Positions 42,501 through 54,500 of a DNA stretch of 64,000 nt are shown in pieces. The translations under genes were made by a program, and so were the position numbers. The stretch lies in NCBI GenBank assembly GCA_905178155.1, contig CAJINV010000002.1, forward strand, positions 2,919,152-2,983,151, given 5' to 3'. Position 1 is the first letter of the stretch. Each line of letters opens with the position of its first letter. The DNA comes from Amoebophrya sp. A120. Its lineage: Eukaryota > Protista > Dinoflagellata. The notes under the pieces are model-generated. The model was not told the origin of the DNA and did no database searches. It saw nothing but the letters and a program-made list of their open reading frames with translations.

Positions 42501-45500
42501 CATCTGCTCATCCTGTTCACAGCATCACAAATTCCAAAACACAATTGGAAATGGCTCTCATGGGCATGCGCATTAGTTACAAGTCTTCCTGTCTTTGCAA
42601 ATCTGCATTACGCCGAGCAAAACCGCGTTCTTCTTCGTGAAACGCCCACCGCTTTTTGCGCAGTGGCTGAAAAAAAATCAAAAGAAAAAGAAAATCAAAA
42701 GAAAAAGAAAATCAAAAGAAAAAGAAAATCAAAAGAAAAAGAAAAAGAAAATCAAAAAGAAAAAAAAAATCAAAAAGAAAAAGAAAATCAATGGAATAGC
42801 CAAGCGCGCAGAGTTTTGAAAAAAAAAAAAAAAAATCTGCATTACAACTCTGGCGTGGGGACGTTTTTGCACAGGACAGCTACACCAGCATCGTCATGGA
42901 GGAGAACAACCAGTCGATCTTTTACAAAGACTATCAAATGCAAATATGTCTGGGTCACTGGATGAAACTTGTAATGCTGAGTTACTTTTTAGTTGTATTT
43001 GGAGGCCACAAATGATGGCTTAGCATGACAAGTTTCTGAGCTTATTCTAAGTGTTGCCTCTTCTCCATGAGAAATTGCGTCTCTGCATCACAGAGAATAA
43101 ATAAGTAGGGCTTTTGGGTACTAACGAGCATGACAGACTTAAGAGTATTGCTGGCCTAGCATGACAAACCTTGCACTTATTTTCCAGATGACCCAGACAT
43201 ACTTGCAATCGATAAGGAGGGAACTTTTTTTAACGATGCCCGGAGCACCCTGGAGGGCAACTTGGTCGACCCGCTAGTGGTATCAAATGTAAAAATGTCT
43301 GGGTCTGGAAGATTGTCATGCATATTTCGGATCACGCAAATGGCGTCTGATGCAGGCAAAAGCATCACAGATTTTGAACACGCCTCATAATGCCTGTCCC
43401 GCATGAGAAACTTCCTACTTGCGTGCCAAGAATAAGAAATGGACAGCTTTTGGCGCTCATGCAACGCAAATTTTTGTGTGTTCCTCCAGAGTTTGCGTCA
43501 CAAGTTCCAACCCTTCCAGACCCAGACATTCTTATATTTGATAAGTGGGCGCCGCGGGGTTTGTGAAGGAGAAGGCGTGGCAGGGCATCCAGGCGGCGAT
43601 CACCACCGGCAACCGGGTCCGCCAGGAGCAACTGATGGCTCTGTACGAACACCAGGAGGACACGGAGGAAGCCCTTCGGGACAAAGTGTGGCAGACCCAG
43701 GAGTTTTTAAGGGACCAGCAGGTGTTTTGGACCGCGAAGCAGAGAGAGCTGCGCCGCATATCCAAGTCGCTGCGGGTGGAGGGCGCTGGAATATTAAACC
43801 AGCAGCAGTCCACAGCAAAAGGAAGGGAGGCGAGGGCCATTGAAAGTTTCAGTCCAGCACAGGGCCTGCAAAACGAGTTCGGATCGTATTTTCTGAACCA
43901 CGAGCACGAAAACAATCCCCATTTCCACGTGGTGGAAGAGCAAGCGGACGCCTATGACGATGCGTTGTACGATGAGAACTATCAAATGCAAAAGCATCGT
44001 ACTCGTATGGATTGCAGTCATGCATGACAAATCTGATTTTCTACCTGAATCTGCATAACAAATTCCATTTTTGTTCTTGAATAAATTTGTGATGCGATTT
44101 CTACTAGTACGGTACTTTTGCATTGCATAAGAACGTCGACCACGTGATGAAGTACGGCTCTGTTACTGGCAAGGTGGCTCCGCGCGCCCTTTACAAAGTG
44201 AGGGCGGACATTCTGCAGGAACACAGTGTGGTCGACCTGAGCGTGTACTTCCGAGCACGAACTTACGTGGGTTGTTACCGCGACTCCGCCGAATCACGGG
44301 CGATGGAAGCACCGCGGAGGGAAGCAGGCCGCCTTATCAAAAGGAAAAATCCCCCCTCCCCATATCGAAACGAAATTTCTGATGCTGGATTTGCGTACAC
44401 AAATCAGGTCTGTCTTGCTGGAGAGGACTGCAGGCATATACCAAGCCTGGGTCGAGAGGTTTTGACGTAGGGGACTAGCATGACAGACGTCGGCCCTGTA
44501 TGCCCAACAGCATCACAAACCGCCGGCATAATGCGGCGGACTCTAAGGCTTTGCCTTCTTGCAAGACAGACAGCATTTGTGACCTCAAATCTGCATCACA
44601 AATTTTCAGACGAATGCGTTTTCAATATGGGGAGGGGGGATTTTTCCTCCCAATACGCCTCCAGGGCAAACCCGTGTCCGTGTTCGAGTGCGCCATTTTG
44701 TGTGCGGATCGTCCGTATGGATTGTAAAAATGTCTGGGTCTGGAAGATTCTGATACTCGTCATGCATGTTTTGCATGAGCCATGATGTCGGTGATGCATG
44801 CCCTAGCATCACAGATTTTTTGAGGGCTTCTTGATGCCTATTCCGCATGACAAATGCCCTCATCGCGTCGCACAAATTGCGTTCTCCTTGCTGCTCATGC
44901 AATACAGATTTTTTTGGAATCCAAGTTCAGCATCACAAGTTTCATTCTTCCAGACCCAGACATTTTTGCATTTGATAGTCCGTTTTTCGCCCTGCAGGGC
45001 GGGGGACAATGCTGGTGCGCAAGTGAGCTCAATCAGAAACAGCTCCGAAGAGTTATAACCCGCTCAGGAGTTGTTACAATCTCACACGTTACAATAGAAT
45101 CTGAGATTTGTCTTGCATGATGAGCATGATCCAGCCAACTCTCATAGGGTCGTTGCGCATGACAAGTTCAGGAGCTCCAAACCTCCCTACATTCTGGCAA
45201 AATTTGTATTGCAAAAGGTGGAACGCTGTGCGAGTCTGTCATGCCCATCATGCAACAGCACAAATTTCAGTTTCTATTGTAACGTTTGAGATCATTGTAA
45301 CGTTTGAGCAAGTCATAAGAGTTATGTCCACGTTAGAGCAGGAGGAGGGGGAGGGGGAGCAGCGGCAGTGGGGTGGGCGGCGCGGTATCCTCTTGACAAC
45401 GTCCCCACCCCAGAGCTGTCCTGCAAATCTGCATGCTGAAGATGTTTCTCATGCGGAGCCCCATGAGAAGCATTTTCCAGTCATGTTTTGGAATTTGTCA

Positions 45501-48500
45501 TGCTCCAATCAGCATGATATAGTAGATCTGTGATACTGCTGAGCTAGCTCAAACAGCACTACAATACGAGTCCAAATTTGTCATGCAACACAGCCAAAGC
45601 TTGTGGATTTGTCTAGCCGAGTCACCATCTTGACTATGGGCGGGTGGGAACGTTTTTACATAGGATACGCACGAGGTCTTCTTTGAAGAAGGAAGTATCA
45701 AAAGGAAAAATCCCCCCTCCCCATATCAAAGCGGAAATCTGTGATGCGGGATTTGTGTACACAAATCACATTTGTCTTGCTGGCAAGCACTGCACGCAGA
45801 TGGCAAGCCTAAGGGGGGGCCTTTTGGTGTACTAGGGGCCTAGTCGATGGCAGACGTCTGCCCTGTAGGCCTTGCAGCATTTTTACAAACCGCCTGCGTG
45901 ATTATATCGCGGCGGACTCTCTGGATTTGCCTTCTGGCAAGACAGACAGGATTCGTGGTTACAAATCTGCATCACAAATCTGCGGAAGGACATGTTTTCA
46001 ATATGGGGACGAGGGGGGATCTTTCCTTTCGATAGGAAGACGCGAGCACAACTTCTACAAGTCGAGGATCCACCCCGGGCGAGGCTGAGGCTGAGGCCGC
46101 TGAGGAGGACAAGGATACGGATGTGAAAGACGAAGAAGATGAAGAGCGAAAAAAGAAAGAAGCAGACATCAGCTCCACCCGAAGACATTTCGCCATGCAG
46201 CCTTTTGCCAGGTACGGAGAGGCGCCACAGTCGGAGTGTAGTTCGGTGTGTGCCTACGCCGGGGACTACTGGAACGCGAACAGCTATGGAAGTGTCAGGA
46301 TCGAAATCGTCCGAGTTTAATTTGTGATGCATAAAATCGAGGCCAGTTAGACCTACAGTTTGTAGTTGGCGCATGACAAATTTTCCCCGTCCTGGAAGCG
46401 AGTCTGTGATGCGGTTTAGGGCAAAGCGGCTGCCTTCTGTCATGCTAGTCAGCAGTCCAACTTTTGACCCTTACCAAGACTATAACTTGCCTTCCGTGCG
46501 TCCTCTGCAATAGAGTCACTTTTTGCGTCGCATTTTCTGCATGACAAATCATTTCAACTTTGACGATTTCAATCCTGACGCTTCCATAACAGCAAAAATT
46601 CCGCAGGAGCACTGCAGGATACTGCCGCGTTCAACTGTGGGGGGAAGCTGCGCAACGCCGTCTATATCACGTGTAAAAGTGTCTGGGTCCTCTGGAAGGG
46701 CGCAACTTGTCATGCTAAATCTGAAGCATGCACAAATGATCTGTGTTGCATGATTACCAAAAATCGTCCAGTTTTGACCAAGTCGGGAGGGAATTTCTCA
46801 TGCAGGATAGGCATGAGAGAGATCGCACAGAATCTGTCACGCTAGGTCCTGCATTCCAGACCTCATTGGTCATGGAAAAGCTGCACGACAAGTCGCACAC
46901 TCTTCCAGGCCCAGACATTTTTGCATTTGATAGTCTACAAAGTTCCGCAGAACATGGCCGCCACGGTAGCCCTATCCTGTGCAAAAGTATCGTACTCGTA
47001 TTGTAATCATGCATTACAAATTCTGTTCTTAAGGCAAATTAGCATTACAAATTTTATTTCTCACGCTGAGGAAATTTGTAATGCATTTATGCGAGTGCGA
47101 TACTTTTGCAATTCATAAGCCCTCTACCTGCAGTTCGACACCGCCGAGTTTGAGGAAGGGTATGAGTATGATCACGGTCTTCACGGCGTCGAGCACGGTG
47201 AACAAGAACATCCTCAGATGGCGGGAGGCGAGCAAGAACAAAAAGTAGAAGTTGCTGGATCTTCTTTATCATCCTCGTCGCCCGGAGGTCATGAAGATGC
47301 AGCGACAACACCAACATCTTCGGTGGGCAAGACGAAAAATGAAAAAAATCGCGCAGGGAACAAAGATGAACACCGTCCAGCGCAAGAACTACCACGCCCC
47401 CGGCCGATCCGCATCCCTTCCGCCGCAAACCGGCTATGGTATCGCGAGGTAAGCAAGCTGGTGGGCCGCGAATCCAACCGCCGGATTCGGCTTCCGTACA
47501 GCCGCGCGAGTATGAAACTGTCAGGATTTAAATTCGACAAAGTTGAAAAATTTGTGATGCATAAAACCGATACCAGTTCGAACTCGAAGCCCAATTTCCA
47601 AGCGGCGCATGACAAATTTCGACGTCATCGAAATCCAGCTGAAGGCCTCCTTTGTCATGCTACTTCAGCAGCTCTATCCCAATCCCAAAGAACGCAAACC
47701 CGAAACAGGCTTACAATCGACCTGACTTGCAATCCCTGCAAGACAGTCACTTCGTGCCTTCTATTTTATGCATCACAGATTATGTCAACTATGTCGATGT
47801 CAATCCTGACACACCCATAGCGAGCCCCCAGGCCAAGGCCATCGCGTTGCAAAAGTTTCGTCAGCTCGCTGGGCGTCGGATGTTCCTGCAGTGCACCCGG
47901 TGCGACGAAGATTTTGCCACGCAGCACCCGTTTAGCAACCTACGACAAAACCTGGACCTGCAGAGCGACGCAATCTCGGTAAGGTTGGAGAAGAAGAGTG
48001 GGAAGGCTGGGGAATCAGGGCGTGCGGAACATGATGAAAAGGCTTCTAGAAGTCGGGAAAATGAAAATAAAAATGACCAGGAGCGGGGGGAGGACGAGGA
48101 GGACCTGGCTGTTCTCCAGTATAGCAGGTCCGTATTAGCAGACGAGGAGGAGATATGGAGAGAAAAAAGTTTATCACAGTCACTAATTTATTGCAGGGTT
48201 TGCATTACAAATTTTCTTGGCATCACAAATTTTCCTTGTATTGCAGAAACACTAGGGAAATCTCGAATAAAGTTTGGCTGTGATGCATGATTTTTACGCA
48301 TGACAAACAGTTTTTTATTGCAAAAATGCGCATGAGTGATCGTGGCGAACTTTTTTTGTTTGATAGGAGAACAAGGCCTACAACAAGGCCTACCTTGCCG
48401 ACACCGAGGTGGAGCACGAAGATATCAAATGCAAAAATGTAGTCTGGGTCTGGAAGGTTGGCGCTTGTGATGCTAACAACTTTGGGATCTGAATAAAATA

Positions 48501-51500
48501 AAATCTATATACTACAAGGCCGCAGCTTATGTCGCGCAGTGGGAGGGTGAACGAGTGGACAGGGAGGAAAGAAAAACGCCAGAGGGTGGGCAAGGGAAAA
48601 AATTTCTGATGCAGGGCGGGGCCAGGCATCTGCGCCGCTGGCTTCTTGCTGAAAGAACGAAGGCGGAGCGCCATGGCGCCCGTGGTTCCCGTCGTTGTGC
48701 GAGCGCGAGGACTCCGCCCGCACTGTGCGCGCGCTTGCGTGGCGGCAAGCCTTAGGCCCCAGCAACAACGCAAAGCGCGGCAGCGGGCAGGCGCCAGTGG
48801 ACGGAGGAAGGAAGCAGGGGAACAGTCCGCGCCATGCGAGGCGCTGGCGCGTGACGCCCCGCCCGCGCGTCTGCGGTGTGGCTCGTTCGTGCCGCCTGCC
48901 TGTTTGCCCCGCCCCTGCGCGCCTTGGTGCCATCCCCCGCCCTTCTCCCGCGCGCAGCCTTGCAGAGCAGGGGCTCGCTGGGGCCCCTGTCGCGCGCGTG
49001 GATGGAGGACGGGCGCCGGGGTGGGGCATTCAATCATTGCCCTCCAGGCGCAGGGGCCCACCACCCTCCCCCAGCACCCCCGGACAACAACGGCGCCCCC
49101 CGCGTTTGCTCGCATGCAATCTGTCCCGCCCCCGCCTGCTTCCCTCGCGCGCACCCTCCAAGACAGAGACGGCGGACGGTGGCGCCCTCTGCCGGCCTGC
49201 TCGTGAACAGAGGGAGGGCGCCGGGGGAGGGTGGTGGGCAGCCGGCAGCTGCTCGCCCGCAAGCGTGGCGCTGGGGCGCGGCTTTCCCTGCGCGAACAGA
49301 GAGAGGGCGCCGGGGGAGGGTGGTGGGCAGCTGCTCGCCTGGTGCTTGGCCGCCGGCGGCGTTCGCAGGCACGCCGTGCGTGCCCCCCGCCGTCTGTGCG
49401 CCCTCCGCCCGTGCTTCCCGTTTTCCCCGTGCCCCCCACCCGTTTTCCCCGTGCTCCCCGCACGCTTTCCCCGTGTTTCCCGCTTTCCCCGTGCTTCCCA
49501 CCCGCTTTCCCCGTGCTTCCCACCCGCTTTCCCCGTGCTTCCCGCTTTCCCCGTGCTTCCCGCTTTCCCCAAGCTGCAAAACCGGGGCGGCAGGGTTTTG
49601 GGAGATTGTTGCAAAATATTTCCGCCTGAAAATATTTTTCGGGGATCGCAAAATATTTTGGGCCGCGAAATATTTTGGGCCGCGCAATATTTTGGGTCGC
49701 GAAATATTTTGGATCGAGAAATATTTTGCGTTGCAAAATATTTGGACTTGCGAAATATTTTAAGTTGCAAAAATTGGACTTGCGAAACATTTTGAGCCGC
49801 AAAATATTTGAAGTCGCAAAATGTTTGGAGTTGCAAAATATTTCGAGTTGCAAAATATTTGGAGTTGCAAAATATTTGGAGTTGCAAAATATTTCGAGTT
49901 GCGATGGGACTTGGGCGATTTGCCGTTTGCGATGTGACTTGGGCGATTCGCCGTTGGGCGATTCGCCGTCTGTGATGGGACTTGGGCGATTCGCCGTTCG
50001 GCGATTCGCCGTTTGCCATGGGACTTGGGCGATTCGTCGTTGGGCGATTCGCCGTTTGCCATGGGACTTGGGCGATTCGCCGTTGGCCGGCCGTTGGCCG
50101 ATTTCGCATGCAAATCGCGACAGCTTTGGAAAGTTGGAGAACTGGCAAAAAATTTTCGGCGTGGGCGATTTTCCTCCCCTTTGCAAAATTCGAACTGCCC
50201 CCGCTCAGCAGGAAAGCTGAAAAACCGGGGAGGCGGGTTTTTGGGAGATTTTTGCAAAATATTTTCGTCTGAAAATATTTTTCGGGGATTGCAAAATATT
50301 CGGGGTCGCAAAATATTTCGGGCCGCAAAATATTTTGGGTCGCAAAATATTTTGGGTCGCAAAATATTTTGCATTGCAAAATATTTGGACTTGCGAAATA
50401 TTTTGAGTTGCAAAATATTTGGACTTGCGAAATATTTTAAGCCGCAAAATATTTGAAGTCGCAAAATGTTTGGAGTTGCAAAATCTTTGGAGTTGCAAAA
50501 TATTTCGGGTTGCGATGGGACTTGGGCGATTCGCCGTTGGGCGATTCGCCATCTGCGATGGGACTTGGGCGATTCGCCGTTGGGCGATTCGCCGTTTGCA
50601 CTGGGACTTGGCCGATTCGCCGTTGGCCGTTGGCCGTTGGCCGATTTCGCAAATCGCGACAGCTTTGGAAAGTTTGAAAACTGCAAAAAAAATTCCGACA
50701 TGGGCGATATTCCTCCCCGTCGCAAAGTTTTAACTCGCACCGCTCAGCAATAGGAGTTATATGTATTGCATGATCAGCAAGAGGAGTCTAGTTCGTTGTA
50801 ATTTGTGCCAGTACAACAACGCAGGCAGGGCATTTGTCATGCGGAAAAATAGGCATCAGGAAGCCCTCTGAAAATCTGTGATGCTAGCTCATGCATTACA
50901 GACATCCTGGGTCATGCAAAATATGCATGACAAACCCGGAAATGTTCCAGACCCAGACATTTTTGCATTTGATAGAAGAGGACAGGAATCAAATCAGGGC
51001 TGGAGGTGTGAACGAGGAGGCTGGTGGAAAAAAGATCGTGGAAGATGATAACGAGCACCCCCACGGAGAAAAAGTTCTTGCTGCAGAGAAAGTGGATGTT
51101 GAGCACGAGCACGACGAGGAGGACCAGCACCTCCAGCTCCACCCCCGGCCCTTCCTATCACTGGACGCGACTATTTATCACAGTGCACATCAAGAACTCC
51201 CCGTTCCCTCATTTGTCCTGCAAAACAGCAAATCCAGGCTGTGCCCCTTGGCACTGTTTGCATGACAAACTCCGCAGGAGGCCGAAACAGTACTACACTC
51301 CTGTGCAAATTTGTCATGGGCAGCCGGCATTCTTGCTGACGCTTGTATTGCCGTTCATGCTATACAAATGAGGGGGAGGGGGAGCTATGTGCACTCTCAT
51401 ACCATTGACGCAGTGCGGTTTGGATTTTTCCACTTCCAGTGGAGAAACCCCGCGGACTATCCTGGTGAAAAACGTCCCCATTTTTCCGTAGTCAAGTTGG

Positions 51501-54500
51501 TAAATTTGCATACACAAATCTCCAAGTTTTAGGAGTATATGCATGACAAGTTTAAGTTTTGCGTTTGCCTCGTAGCGACGTGCTCCCGTTTAACTAGTGT
51601 AGCAGCATCACAGATCAAGAATATGATGCTGCTTGGAGCATGACAAATTCCGCAACACCACTAGAATACCCCTCTCATGGGGCTCCGCATGAGAAATATT
51701 TTCAGCATGCCAATTTGCATGACAAAGACAACTCTGGGGAGGTGGGAACGTGTTTACAAATGATACGGACCCGCGCGGGGGACAGGAGTTCTCCTCGCCC
51801 GACGGTGGCGGGGCTTACACCATGCTGGAAGCCTTCCTCCATCCCGGCGCGTGGCACTTCTACCACGTATCACAGTGCACAACTCGTGGCCCCCCTCCCC
51901 CTCATTTGTAAAATGCAAAATCCCCAAATCCGGTCGGTGCCTTGCAGCACGAACTCTTTTGATGACAAATTCTGAGAGGAGCCCAAACCCAATCAGTACC
52001 AGCACAGTCGGCGCATGAACTTGTCATGCTCAGGCTCCACGAGTGGTCTTGGTGTTTGTATAGCTGTTCATCCATGCCATACAAATGAGGGGGAGGGGGG
52101 GGTTGTGCACTGTCATACCACGCACCTAACGTTTGGAACAAGGAGCGGCTCTTGCTGGAACGTCGCGAGTATCCCGTGCAAAAGTATCGTACTCGTATTG
52201 CAATCATGCATTACAAATCCTGTTCTTGAGGTAAATCAGCATTACAAATTTTATCCCTCATGCTGAAAAAATTTGTAATGCATTTATACGAGTACGATAC
52301 TTTTGCAATTCATAGCGAGTTTCTGGGGGAGGCCGCGACGACAGCTGCGGCGCCCCATCGAAGGGGCCAGTACGAGCGACATGCAGACGACACTTATGCG
52401 CCCCACCTGTTTTTCCACTCCACCGGGATGAACGTGGGAGATTCGTCCGGCCAGGAATCCTCGCAGCACGGCAGCGCCACGGGCACCATGCTTATGGAGA
52501 GAAAAAAGTTTGTCGCAGTCACTAACTTGGAGGTTTTGCATTACAAATTTTTTAGCATTACAACTTTTCCTTGTATTGCAGAAACACAAAGGGAAATCCC
52601 GTATGAGGTTTGGCGGTGAAGACGCATTTTTACGCATGACAGGCATTTTTTGTATTGCAAAAATGCCCATGAGTGATCGTGACGAACTTTTTGCTTTCGA
52701 TAATGCTCAGCTCGCACATGGCCGCCGGCGTCGGATCCGCCCTCGCGGCCACGGCCGATGGACTCCGGGGCCGGGACCAATTCCAGGAAGCAGGCCAGCG
52801 TAGTCTCTTACCCTCCCCAGGGAACGACCAACATCAATCGAACGGTGGAGCAGGAGGTGCCGGGCCTGGCGCGGGAGATGATAGTACTAGTGGTTCAACA
52901 AGTACTATATCAAAGGAGCAAGTGAATCACTTTCAAAAGAATCATAGGGTCGAAAAAAAAAAAATTCGGAGCGTTCCCAACTGCCGTAGCGCCTGCAGCT
53001 TTTTTCCCCGCGCCAGACACAGCTGGTCGGTAGATTGCAGTGGGCGAATGCTTGAGAAGGCTGCGACCAAAAGCCCCAGGCGTCGCATTTTGGTAAGGAG
53101 AAGGCTGCGAGATGTAGTGCGCAGAAGATGCCATAGAAGATACCCCAAGACCAGCCCCAAAGCATCATACCGTGGGGCATAATGCTACTCCGCATGGTGC
53201 TACTGACGCACTATTCTTACTTTTGCCCTACTCTACTGTTACCAAGTGGCAGAAGTGGAACAGTGGAGGTGTAATCACTTGAGATGTGCAGCCTGTTTCA
53301 GACGAAAAAAAAGCCAAACCTACTTGATATCTGCTAGGGTGATTTGACGCGAAAAAGACGTGTTTCGGGCATCAATTTGATGCCAAAAATCGCGGTTTTT
53401 TGCAGGGGTGATTCAAGCAGATACTAAGCGGGAGGAGTCAAATGAATCATAGGGCTAATTGATAGCTACAAAACGCGAGGTGATTACACCTCTTTTTTTG
53501 CTTCGAAAAAGATGAATTTTTGGCAAAAATTGAGCTGTTTTCAGAAAATCCGACACCCTCGGGACGCTACGCCCGACGGTATGGAGGTGTAATCACTTCA
53601 TTTTTATGGTGTCGCTTTTCCTATCTTTAGCAATGGGCTTGTGCTTGGTATTTTGGGTTGCGAATGCTTCCCCCGAGTTGTTTGCAAGCTATTCAGGCGC
53701 GATGGCCCCAGCGTCCACTCATGGCCATTGCGTTCGTCCCCCGTAGCCACCAACCAAATAGCGCAAACCTTATCGAGAAAGGCGCGACCTTCCTGAGGAG
53801 CGTCGCTGTGTCTCAGGTTGTTTGGTTGTATATATTGGGCGCTTCCTTATGCGTGCGAGCCGGGCCATGCACTGCGATACTTGGAAAGTTTTTTTTTTCC
53901 GTATGGTGATTCATTTGTAATGTGATTCATTTACCCCTGTGATATACTAGTGGCGAGACTTCTAGTAGTACAACTGCTAGTATTCTTTCAAAGAGCCTGT
54001 TGCTCCGCGGGGATTACAGTATCACGAGCGATGCGGCGTTGGACAAGTTCGACGCCAAGTCTTCCCAGGAGGCTATGGCGTTCTCAACTGTTACATTCTC
54101 AACTATTGCATGAATTTGCCATGCAAGAATGGCAAGAGTCAAAGGGCCAAGCTTGCTGCTTTTGCATCACAGACTTGACACAGATTTAGCTGCTGTTTAG
54201 CCTCTCGGAGATTTGTCATGCGAAGCAGCTTGATCATCTTGCGGCTTCAGGTTGTCTTGCATGACAAATTCATGTAACAGTTGAGAATGTAACTACGTTT
54301 GATTACTCCATAGAGGCCTTCGCGCTGTTTGGCATCCGGTGCGGGGAGCGACCGTTGATCGAGTTCTACCAGAACCGGCTTGTCTGCCTGAGCCAGTCCG
54401 GGCGGGGGATTTTTGACCATGCGGCAGCGATGTTCAAGCCCCGGAACTGCCGCACCTGCCGGCTCCTCTTATGCATTGCAAAAGTATCGTACTAGTAGAA

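Noticed and set aside
48390-50753. Long ORFs of 300-600 aa on both strands
   Set aside because: They arise from stop-poor GC-rich and minisatellite sequence inside an intron.
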